In this document: piece by piece, positions 13,803 through 25,339 of the stretch | Layout of the letters: every line of letters begins with the position of its first letter | Numbering within the stretch: the stretch's first letter is position 1 | Assembly (NCBI GenBank): GCA_964016885.1 | Contig: OZ024741.1 | Coordinates: 271,312,001-271,376,000 of the forward strand | From: Eledone cirrhosa | Taxonomy: Eukaryota | DNA length: 64,000 nt | Direction of reading: 5' to 3' | Made by a program: the position numbers and the translations under genes | The notes under the pieces: model-generated | What the model was told of the DNA's origin: nothing | Seen by the model: only the letters and a program-made list of their open reading frames with translations | Database searches by the model: none

Positions 13803-16386
13803 AGATGATGCATGACATACCGTGACTTAGTAGATGGTTAAGATTCAGTCCTGGTAGTGAATAAGATATGACAAAATTCAATATTTATATACCTTAAGAT
13901 TGAGACATGAAAAAATTACATATAATACAGAGTGTGAGAAAGCTTAAAAATACATAATAGCAATTTATATAACTGTTAGAGATTCAAATAATTTAAATTA
14001 TTGAAGAAAGAAGAAAGACAGAGAGAAACAGATGAGGAAAAAGATAGTTACTAGAAGTATAGAAAGCAAAAGAGAATTGATCAAGGATAGAGAGACAAGG
14101 AGGAATAATTTTTATAGTATAAAGCATAGGGAGGGAGATTTGTATTGTTGTGGATAAATAGCGTGCGATTAGATGATGCAAAACAATATATATATATAAA
14201 TACATAAATATACATTTGGGCATAGCTTTGTGAAAGAGTAAACTCGAATCTTTGAATTATCTAAAAATAATCAATCAATCTAAATATTAAATATATCTGG
14301 GTGTAATTATATGAGGGTTTAATTTCTAGTCCTTAGTTAATGAGAAATATACTAACAATTAATTATATATATTATATATCCAAACGTATCCGGATGACCG
14401 TTAAATTTCGAATCATTTATGTTAGTTCAGATTAATGAGTTAATCTAAAGATATAATATTTCAGGCTATAAAAATGTATAAGTATCTATATTAAAGTATA
14501 CTATCATATTTAATTTATAAAATCCTATTTTAAAGTATTTGCAAACATGAGAAAGAGGCTTAATATTTTCATCCTCTCGAAGGTAATCCATATTAAATTA
14601 TATTAAAAAATGTTATATTAAAATAATAATCATTATATAATTTAGAAAGTAATTATAGTTATAACTTTAAAAATTTTAAATTAACAATTAGAATGCCCTA
14701 AAGTATCTAAAGGCCTTATAATTATACCTAAAAAGGGTATTATTAAACTAGATATACGCATTTGTCTAAATTTATACAAAGAGTATATTGTCTAAAGTTC
14801 AAGACGATGTTAGTCAGTTATTCATAACAAAATATAATATAAGTTACTGTTAATATTGTTAAAATTAAGGTTTTAGATCAATTATTATATTAGGATTATG
14901 TAATACATATATACTATAAATATACAAATCAAACTTCATGAATCATAAAAGATAAGAACCAGATTCAAAATAAATAAGTAAATGGTTTGCGATCCTATAA
15001 GTGCCAAATATTTAAGCTATATAATTTTAAAATACAAGAACATTTTTAAGGATCTATATTGTAGTATAATATCATATTTAAAGTGTCTGCAAACATGAGA
15101 AAGAGAAAACTTAAGATTTTCATCGACCCGAAGGTAACCCGAATTTAATTATATTAAAAAATAATAATTGTTATATAATTTAGAAAATATTTAACAATTA
15201 TAACACTAGAATGTCCTTAACTATCTAAGGTACTTATAAATATAGCTAGAAGCATGTTATTAAACTAGATATTCACATGTGTCCAAATATAAACAGAGTA
15301 TTCTGTCCGGAAGTCAAAACGATATTAGTGATCCATATACATATAATAAATAATAAATCGAATCATTGTTAGTAAAGTTATAATTGAAGTTTTACATCAA
15401 GTTAAGTGGAAAAAGTTTTTAGACAAATGCGTATATCTAGTTTAATAATACCCTTTTTTAAGTATAATTATAAGGTCTGTAGATACTTTAGGGCATTCGA
15501 ATTGTTAATTTTAAATTTTTAAAGTTATAACTGTAATTACTTTCTAAATTATATAATGATTATTATTTTAATATAAAATTTTTTTAATATAATTTAATAT
15601 GGATTACCTTCGAGAGGATGAAAATATTAAGCCTCTTTCTCATGTTTGCAAATACTTTAAATATGATTTTATAAATTAAATATGATAGTATACTTTAATA
15701 TAGATACTTATACATTTTTATAGCCTGAAATATTATATCTTTATATTAACTCATTAATCTGAACTAACATAAATGATTCGAAATTTAACGGTCATCCGGA
15801 TACGTTTGGATATATAATATATATAATTAATTGTTAGTATATTTCTCATTAACTAAGGACTAGAAATTAAACCCTCATATAATTACACCCAGATATATTT
15901 AATATTTAGATTGATTGATTATTTCTAGATAATTCAAAGATTCGAGTTTACTCTTTCACAAAGCTATGCCCAAATGTATATTTATGTATTTATATATATA
16001 TATTGTTTTGCATCATCTAATCGCACGCTATTTATCCACAACAATACAAATCTCCCTCCCTATGCTTTATACTATAAAAATTATTCCTCCTTGTCTCTCT
16101 ATCCTTGATCAATTCTCTTTTGCTTTCTATACTTCTAGTAACTATCTTTTTCCTCATCTGTTTCTCTCTGTCTTTCTTCTTTCTTCAATAATTTAAATTA
16201 TTTGAATCTCTAACAGTTATATAAATTGCTATTATGTATTTTTAAGCTTTCTCACACTCTGTATTATATGTAATTTTTTCATGTCTCAATCTTAAGGTAT
16301 ATAAATATTGAGTTTTGTCATATCTTACTCACTACCATGACTGAATCTTAACCATCTACTAAGTCACGGTATGTCATGCATCATCT

Positions 16387-16453
16387 TATTTTATCTGATA
16401 AGGACGTACTGTTGAAGCTAGCTCAGTACCTCTGAAATATGTATAATAAAATA
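16387..16453 (+). ncRNA. Type I hammerhead motif (mirror copy in the inverted repeat)
   Basis: Same motif as 13736-13802, on the plus strand. Confidence 0.7.
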
Positions 16454-16702
16454 TACTTGATCACACGAATGTCTATTTTTGTTAATATTTTGAATTAATA
16501 TAAGCAAAAGGGATATTTAATTTGTTGGTAATTCAACAAATATATATGTTTATAACTGATTCGAAGCACTTGATAGGTTTTCTGCAGTATAATATCAATG
16601 ATATTAAATAAATGAAAACTATATTTATAAAACCATATTTATTCTATTTGCACTGTTAAGATCTTCTTCCTGGTTATGTCAATATTTATAAAACAAACTT
16701 TG

Positions 16703-16763
16703 TATTTTATCTGATGAGAGCGTACCAAAGTTTTGGTACCCTTGAAATATATATAATAGAATA
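16703..16763 (+). ncRNA. Canonical type I hammerhead ribozyme
   Basis: TATTTTAT-CTGATGA-GAGCGTACCAA-AGTT-TTGGTACCCTT-GAAA-TATATA-TA-ATAGAATA. Confidence 0.82.
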
Positions 16764-16804
16764 GATATGGTTTTATAAATATAGTTTCCATTTATTAATA
16801 TCAT

Positions 16805-16887
<83 letters not shown>

Positions 16888-17037
16888 TATAAAACAAAAG
16901 ATTAATATGGTTCATTGATTACTCAATGAATATACTTTTACAATAGATTAAAAGCACTCTACAATGAAGTTTTCTGGAGCTATTAATATTATTCAGAATA
17001 TTAATAAAATGAAGACAATCACATAATCAAAATATAT

Positions 17038-17101
17038 GTTTTATTATATATATTTCGAAGGTACTGTGCTGTTTTTTCAGTACGTCCTCGTCAGATGAAA
17101 T
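17038..17101 (-). ncRNA. Type I hammerhead ribozyme
   Basis: Minus strand: CTGACGA-GGACGTACTG...CAGTACCTTC-GAAA-TATATA-TA-ATAAAAC. Confidence 0.78.
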
Positions 17102-17537
17102 ACATGAATTGATGTATGACATACCTCAACGGTCTTGACGGTTCAATTCCAGTATTGGAATTGAACCATCAAGATCGTTGAGGTATGTCATACATCAATT
17201 CATGTATTTTAATATATATATATATATTTGTCTGTGTGTGTGTGTGTGTGGTTCAAGATTAACGACATGTTTTTATATATATATATATATATATAGTCAA
17301 ACATCAATTGAGCACGCATTCAATGCATATAAGTAGATACTATATATAGACACAATGAAGACAGACCTATATATAGCAGTGCTGTTGTTGATGATGATGA
17401 TGATGATGATGGTGATGGTGGTGATGGTTATGATGATAACGATGATGATGATGATGATGGTGAAGATTGTTGTTTTGATCTGATTTCATACAATGAAGGC
17501 GTTATCTAATGACTGTTGCCTCTCTATGTAGAATATT

Positions 17538-18050
17538 GTGGTGGGGTGTGGGGATGGTGGTGGTGGCGGTGGTGGTGGTGGTGGTGGTGGTGGTGGGGAT
17601 GATGGAGGCGTAGTGGTGGTGGTGGTGGTGGTGGTGGTGGCGGTGGCGGTGGTGGTGGTGGTGGTGTGGTGGTGGTGGTGGGGATGGTGGTGGTGGTGGT
17701 GGTGGTGGGTATGGTGGTGGTGGTGGTGGTGGTGGTGGTGGTGGTGGTGGTGGTGGTGGTGGTGGTGGTGGTGGTGGTGGTGATGGTGGTGGTGGTGGTG
17801 GGGATGGTGGAGGCGTAGTTGTGGTGGGGGGGTGATGGTGGTGGTGGTGGTGGTGGTGGTGATGGTGGTGGTGGTGGTGATGGTGGTAGGGATGGTGGAG
17901 GTGTAGTGGTGGTGGTGGTGGTGATGATGGTGGTGGTGGTGGTGGCGGTGGTGGAGGTGGTGGTGGTGTTGGTGGTGCCGGTGGTACTGGTGGTGATGAT
18001 TGTGGTGATGGTTGTGATGATTGTGGTGATGGTGGTGGTGGTGATGGAGT
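17538..18050. repeat. (GGT)n low-complexity tract
   Basis: Seen directly. Confidence 0.92.
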
Positions 18051-18350
18051 TGATAGTAGTACTGTTGTTTATATAATTCTAGGTCAGCCCTGATCCAGCA
18101 GAACTGTGATTAAAGCCATTCCAGGCACGACCGACCCGTCTTTTCTATTTAATGTTATTTAATACTACATTACCGAATGTGGCTTCTTATTTAGGGGACG
18201 GTTGGGTGTGATTCGAAGGACATTTGGCTGCTATTTCTAGCAAATCTGGTGATCATGTAGACTAATTCACTGGTTGTTGACGATTGCAGTGATGGCTGCT
18301 GTTGAAGCTCCTCTATCTTGTGTTTGCGAGTGTGTATATGTGTGTATATA

Positions 18351-18468
<118 letters not shown>

Positions 18469-19366
18469 TGTTTGTGTGTGTTTGTATGAGTTTGTATATG
18501 TGTCTGTACGTGAATGTGTGTGGGTTTGTGTGTCTGTGTGTCCCTGTGTATGCTTGTAGTGTGTGTGTGTACTTGTGTGTTTAGGTGAGCGTCTGTGTGT
18601 GTGTGTGTGTGTTTATGTGTACTAATGTGTATGTGTGTTAACAGTTTAACTGATCCATGTCCCGATATTATGCTACATGTATAAAATGATAATTCAGCGA
18701 TATCGGATATCAAATGATACTATTACCATCAAGAAAATTACACTCTCAGCCCCACATAGGACACCCTTGAATGGGTCCGTCTTCTAACTTTCCTGGAACC
18801 AGCAATTGCCAATTTTGCCTCCGTGAGAAGCTGCACATATAGCAGCAAGACGTGGTATCCATTAACAACATGATGACTGACATATCATGTTATTGCCATC
18901 GGAGTAAAAAAAAACCTATTTAGCAATTTCAAGCCATTGAATACCTGTGATATCCTGTGATATGCTGCAAAGACCCCCATAGATGTATCTGGGCCATCTG
19001 TATATAGAGAGTGAACAGTCCTGCGCCTTCAATCTCCATACGCACGCACAAAAATTGACGGTTTCATCGCCACATCAAATACACTGACTGCTGTTTCAGA
19101 TATTTGTACTTCTTCGGAGAGCGAAGACACAGAGACTGACAGACCGGCCCACGAAATGTGAGGTGTTACATCCTTCAGCGAGAAAGGCGAAAGAAACTCA
19201 CACACATATGTACACACACAGACACATATACACATACATACTTACAGGCACACATATAAACATACATACATATACGCACACATACACAAATACATACAGA
19301 GACACACACACACATACACACACACACATATATACACACACACATACACACACACATACACGTATA

Positions 19367-19877
19367 TACGAGGGCAATCCCAAAAGTAAGGTCTCCAAAG
19401 CGATGGGGACGCAGAGAAACTGTTCGTACGGTTGTTGGCAACACTGTTGTGATTGGTGCTTCCTTCACTCTCAAACAAGCATGCGCGCGCTTCGCTGGTA
19501 TGCTCAATCTTGGCTTGGCAGCCGTTGAGAATGGAGCTCCCGTTGAACGCTACCGCAAAGTGCGAAGTTCGCGCAGTTATTCGGTTTTTGAAGCAAAAGG
19601 TGTTGAACCGATTGAAATTCATCGCCAATTGACGGAAGTGTACGGACAGTCGTTCATGGATGGATGTCCAAAACGTTCGCAAGTGGTGTAGAGAGTTTAC
19701 AGCTGGTCGTACTGGAATTCACGACGAACAAAGGAGCGGGAGACCGTCAATTTCCGACGAGACAGTCGCAATTTTTCCGTTAAAATCCTGTGGATGGTGC
19801 TTCGGGAAACCTCAGGAACCAAAATGCAGAGAACATCCAAAGTGATCCGCCGATCTTTACGCATGTTTTCCTCAACT
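19367..19877 (+). mobile_element. mariner (Mos1/SETMAR-like) transposon 5' fragment, pseudogenised
   Basis: TA-CGAGGG TIR start. The HTH region reads EVRAVIRF..GVEPIEIHRQLTEVYG..VRKWCREF..DEQRSGRPS with frameshifts. The continuation VEENMRKDRRITL..VSRSTIHRILTEKL is on the minus strand. Confidence 0.85.
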
Positions 19878-19912
19878 ACTACTACTACCACTACTACTAC
19901 TACTATTCCTAA

Positions 19913-19951
<39 letters not shown>

Positions 19952-20044
19952 CACTACCACTACTCCTACCACTACCACCACCACTACTACTACTACTATT
20001 CCTACCACTACTACTACTACTATTACTACTTCTACTACTACTAC

Positions 20045-20082
<38 letters not shown>

Positions 20083-21100
20083 CCACTACTACCGCTGCTA
20101 CTACTACTACTACTACTACTACTACCACTACTACTAATACTACTCCTACTATTACGACTACTACTACCACCACCACTTCTACAACTACTACTACTACCAC
20201 CACCACCACTACTACAACTACTACTACTACTACCACCACCACCACCACCACATCTGCAACTACTACTACTACTACTACTATTACAGTGGTTTGTACGGGA
20301 AGCTATGAGAGTATTCTACCACCACCAACACCACCACATCAAAACGAACACCACCACCAACACCACCACACCAACTCCACCACCATACCAACATCACCAC
20401 ACCAACACCACCACCACACCAACAACATCACCACACCAACTCCAACACCATACCAACTCCACCACCATACCAACAACATCACCACACCAACACCACATCA
20501 ACATCACCACACCAACACCACCACCACACCAACAACATCACCACACCGACAACACCACCACACCAACAACACCACCATATCACCACCACCACCACACCCA
20601 CACCACCACACCCACACCACCACACCACCACCACACAAACAACACCACCACACCAACAACACCACACCAACAACATCACCATATCACCACCACCACCACA
20701 CCCACACCACCACTACAGCAACACCACCAACAACACCACCATATCACCACACCCACACCACCACACCACCACCACACCAACAACATCACCACACCAACAA
20801 CACCACCACCACACCAACAACACCACCACCACACCAACACCACCACACCAACACCACCACACCACCACCACACCAACAACATCACCACACCAACAACACC
20901 ACCACCACACCAACAACACCACCATATCACCACCGCCACCACACCCACACCACCACCACACCAACACCACCACACCAACACCACCATATCACCACCACAC
21001 CAACAACATCACCACACCAACAACACCACCACCACACCAACAACACCACCATATCACCACCACCACCACACCCACACCACCACCACTCCCACTAACCACA
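19878..21100. repeat. (ACT)n / (CAC/CAA)n low-complexity tract
   Basis: Seen directly. Confidence 0.92.
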
Positions 21101-21209
21101 CCCTAACGTCTTAGTAAAATAAAAGGACAATGGATACAATAGTACCGACCTTTATTGTACTAGAGGAAGTATTATACAGAATAGTCACGGCTGGAACGTC
21201 ATTCAGCCA

Positions 21210-21315
<106 letters not shown>

Positions 21316-21474
21316 GTAGAGAGATAGAGAGATTTCAGACAGATAGACAGATAAATGAGTGTGTGTGATGGCGCGTGGATTAGTGGTTGGAGTTTATCCC
21401 GCGTTCAATCAGGAGTAACCACAAAAAGTAAGGTACTCAATACATAGCAGAGTATAAATATTTAATATAGAAAT

Positions 21475-21524
21475 GGCTTCTACAGGACTAGAACTGTTTC
21501 ATTCGGGAGAAATCACCAGGAACC
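21475..21524 (-). ncRNA. Degenerate type I hammerhead motif (CTGGTGA)
   Basis: Minus strand: GGTTC-CTGGTGA-TTTC-TCCC-GAAT-GAAA-CAG..CTG-TA-GAAGCC. The tail family recurs at 41521-41720. Confidence 0.5.
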
Positions 21525-21792
21525 CTATATATATATGGTTTTCACGTATGGTACATATGTATATAAGGATTTAAGGTGTATAACTTAGATAACTTTGAAA
21601 CGTTTCGGCCACCATTGGCCCAGGCCATGTCTAACTTAATAGGACTATATATATATATATATATAGGAACCAGTAAGACCCCGACGGCTGAGCTCAGGCC
21701 GTTTCGACGGCTAGTTACCCACTCTACTACCCTAAGTATTGTGTACTTTGGTGCGTTATGGTCCACCTGGTTCCTTACCACATTTCCTTCGT

Positions 21793-21823
<31 letters not shown>

Positions 21824-21930
21824 TATTTTCCGTTGTGTTGTAATATAAATATTACACACAGTAGATTATCAGCTCACGTAGAGTTTGCTCGACGGTTCCA
21901 GTTGTAGTTCCAAAAGTAATCCGGAGAAAA

Positions 21931-22073
21931 ATAGAAAGATTTGAATGGATACAGTTTAGTTGAAAGGAATTTATTGACACGTGTTTCTATAATAGTTACA
22001 TAACTGTTATGTAACTGTTATAGAAACACGTGTCAATAAATTCCTTTCAACTAAACTGTATCCATTCAAATCT

Positions 22074-22079
<6 letters not shown>
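21931..22079. repeat. Near-perfect hairpin (about 74-bp arms) made from a Penelope pLTR 3' tail
   Basis: Arms are centred on TTACATAAC-T-GTTATGTAA. The sequence is shared with 56093-56330. Confidence 0.9.
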
Positions 22080-22102
<23 letters not shown>

Positions 22103-22109
<7 letters not shown>

Positions 22110-22276
22110 ATTCTTGGGGAGGGTCATATTTGTGTAATATTGCCAGAATTAATAACAGAACACACTCACTGTTTGGTTGGTTTTCGCTTCTGTGAAAACC
22201 AACCAAACAGTGAGTGTGTTCTGTTATTAATTCTGGCAATATTACACAAATATGACCCTCCCCAAGTATAACAATA
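22103..22276. repeat. Near-perfect hairpin (about 83-bp arms) related to the tail of the GIY-YIG element
   Basis: Ends in ATGACCCTCCC(C/A)AAGTATAACAATA, as at 56356-56381(-). Confidence 0.88.
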
Positions 22277-22331
22277 TTTGTTTCGACACACGATTTCATA
22301 TAAAAAACCTCGCTAAACTAATTCATCGCCG

Positions 22332-22366
<35 letters not shown>

Positions 22367-22506
22367 ATATACATGCAGAGGTTATATTTAATTTGTTGGG
22401 ATTCAACAAGCTTAAACAAATTTATAACTGATATAAAGCACTCAACAGCAGAGTGGAGTAATATTCAATATATTAATAAATGGAAACTATATTTATAAAA
22501 CCATAA

Positions 22507-22566
22507 TTATTTTATTTCAAGGGCAACCAAGGCAAATTTTTGGTGCGCTTTCATCAGATAAAATAC
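22507..22566 (-). ncRNA. Hammerhead motif with damaged stem III
   Basis: Minus strand: TATTTTAT-CTGATGA-AAGCGCACCAA...TTGGTTGCCCTT-GAAA. Same family as 16703-16763. Confidence 0.55.
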
Positions 22567-22697
22567 AAATTTGTTTTATAAATATTGACATACCCGCATA
22601 AAGACAACCTTAACGGTTGAGGTTCGCTTGATAGTTATATACTTATATATATATACATATGGTATATATATATATATATATACATATGGTATATATA

Positions 22698-22769
<72 letters not shown>

Positions 22770-22811
22770 TTCCAAATATTAACAAAACAGATATTCTTGT
22801 GATCAATTAAA

Positions 22812-22874
22812 TTGTATTATACATATTTCAGAGGTACTGAGTTAACTTCAACAGTACGTCCTCATCAGATAAAA
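22812..22874 (-). ncRNA. Type I hammerhead ribozyme (canonical core)
   Basis: CTGATGA-GGACGTACTG...CAGTACCTCT-GAAA-TATGTA-TA. Paralogue of 13736-13802 that retains G8. Confidence 0.75.
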
Positions 22875-23170
22875 TAAGATGATGCATGACATACTATGTT
22901 AAATATATATATACCCTCTTAAATATATATATATACATATCACCACCACCACCACACCCACACCACCACCACACCAACACCACCACACCACCACCACACC
23001 AACAACATCACCACACCAACACCACCATATCACGACCACGACCACACCCACAACAACCACCACACCAACACCACCACACCAACACCACCACCATATCACA
23101 ATGTATATCACAATGTATATATATATATATAAGAGGGTGTTAAAGTTTGCTTGAAGCATTGTGAAATGTG

Positions 23171-23574
23171 TAAAGTACGTATTTAAGAAAGACAATGCAG
23201 AGGGGAATCTCGAGGTAGGAAGTGAAATATAGATAGGAGAAACAGGTGAAAGTGAAAATTGATGGAGACAAAGATGAAAACAAAACAAAGGTAGAAGGGT
23301 TACCGTAGTAGAGATTTAATCCCTCCTGCCTTAACGACATCACAACTTTCTCCACTTGGCCTGTTCCCCCCCGTTTGGAACTTTTCCCCCGTTGATGGGC
23401 GTGAGCCCGAAATATTGGGATTAAATCTCCACTACGGTAACCCTTCTACCTTTGTTTTGTTTTCATCTTTGTCTCCCTCAATTTTCACTTTCACCTGTTT
23501 CTCCTATCTATCATTCACTTGCTACCTCGAGATTCCCCTCTGCATTGTTGTGGCTTTCTTAACTACGTATTTTA
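23171..23574. repeat. Inverted repeat (about 155-bp arms) around a decayed hammerhead motif
   Basis: 23171-23323 is the reverse complement of 23417-23574. The spacer ends in GGGC-GTGA-GCCC-GAAA. Confidence 0.85.
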
Positions 23575-23679
<105 letters not shown>

Positions 23680-23757
23680 TGGCTTTTTGCTACAATATTT
23701 TCTATACCTTTCATTTATATATATATATACATATATATATGTATATATATATATATA

Positions 23758-23804
<47 letters not shown>

Positions 23805-23817
23805 GTATATATATATA

Positions 23818-23871
<54 letters not shown>

Positions 23872-23899
23872 TATATGTATATATATATATATGTGTATA

Positions 23900-23930
<31 letters not shown>

Positions 23931-23947
23931 GTATATATATATATATA

Positions 23948-24006
<59 letters not shown>

Positions 24007-24031
24007 GTATATATATATATGTATATGTGTA

Positions 24032-24062
<31 letters not shown>

Positions 24063-24329
24063 GTATATGTATATACCTCCACTACACATCCACACCAGCA
24101 TTATTAACACCACCTCCTCACCACTATACACCAACACACCAACACACCATCACCACACCACCACCACACCACCACCACCACCACTAACGCCACCACCACC
24201 ACCACTACCACCACTACCACTACTACTACCACTACCTCTATAGTCAGTATGATAAACTTGTGAACTGTTACAGCACGGGTGAGAGTTAGCTGAGCGACGC
24301 CAGGTAGGTGAAATATGTTGCTCCTACTT

Positions 24330-24612
24330 GTTGTGGTGGTGGTGGTGTGAGTAGTGGTTGTGGAGGTGGTGGTGGTGGTGGTGGTTGTGGTGGTGGTGGT
24401 GTGAGTAGTGGTTGTGGAGGTGGTGGTGGTGGTGGTGGTTGTGGTGGTGGTGGTGTGAGTAGTGGTTGTGGAGGTGGTGGTGGTGGTGGTGGTTGTGGTG
24501 GTGGTGGTGTGAGTAGTGGTTGTGGAGGTGGTGGTGGTGGTGGTGGTTGTGGTGGTGGTGGTGTGAGTAGTGGTTGTGGAGGTGGTGGTGGTGGTGGTGG
24601 TGGTGGTGGTGG
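24330..24612. repeat. 54-bp (GGT)-derived minisatellite, 5 units
   Basis: GTGAGTAG recurs at 24347, 24401, 24455, 24509 and 24563. Confidence 0.9.
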
Positions 24613-25339
24613 TGAAAGTGTAGTAGTGGTCGTCGTCGTGGTACTTGTGGTACTGGTGGTACTGGTGGTACTGGTGGTGGTGGTGGTGGTGGTGGTGGTG
24701 GTGGTGTAGTGCCGGCGGTGGTGGTGGTGTTGGTGTTTGTTGTTGTATTGCTTGCCATTGTCGTGTTGGTGTTGGTGGTGGTGGTGGTGGTGGTGGTGTA
24801 GTGGCGGCGGTGGTGGTGGTGGTGTTGGTGTTTGTTGTTGTATTGCTTGCCATTGTCGCGTTGGTGTTGGTGGTGGTGGTGGTGGTGGTGGTGGTACTGG
24901 TGGTGGTGGTGGTGGTGGTGAAGGTGGTGGCTGTGGTAGAGGTGGTGGTACTGGTGGTGGTGCTGGTGGTGGTGTAGTGGCGGCGGTGGTGGTGGTGTTG
25001 GTGTTTGTTGTATTGCTTGCCATTGTCGTGTTGGTGTTGATGGTGGTGGTGGTGGCTGTGATAGAGATGGTGGTAGTGGTGGTGGTGGTGGTGGTGTAGT
25101 GGCGGTGATGTAGTGGCGGTGGTGGTGTAGTGGTGTTGGTGTTGGTGTTGGTGTTGGTGGAGGTCGTAGTGATTTTCGTTGTAGTATTGGTTGTTGTTGT
25201 GGTGGTCATGTTGGAGTGGTGGTGTTGGTGTACTTGTTACTATACGTGTAGTAGTTGTTGTTGTTGGTGGTGGTGGTGATGTACGTACTTGTGTTGTAGT
25301 TGTTGATGGTGGGGATGTAGGTGCTTGTGTTGTAGTTGT

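Larger units (their letters stand above)
13690..16499. repeat. Long inverted repeat: arms 13690-14770 and 15419-16499, spacer about 650 bp
   Basis: Identical 76-aa ORFs on opposite strands (13993-14223 and 15966-16196). Arm ends were checked by eye and differ by scattered substitutions. Confidence 0.93.

Noticed and set aside
13993-16196. Duplicated 76-aa ORF as a gene pair
   Set aside because: Identity follows from the inverted repeat. The ORF is AT-rich with no domain.
21580-21643. GGCC...GGCC-GAAACGT as a hammerhead
   Set aside because: There is no CUGANGA, and the sequence matches the 3' UTR of the CR1-type fragment at 49390-49445.
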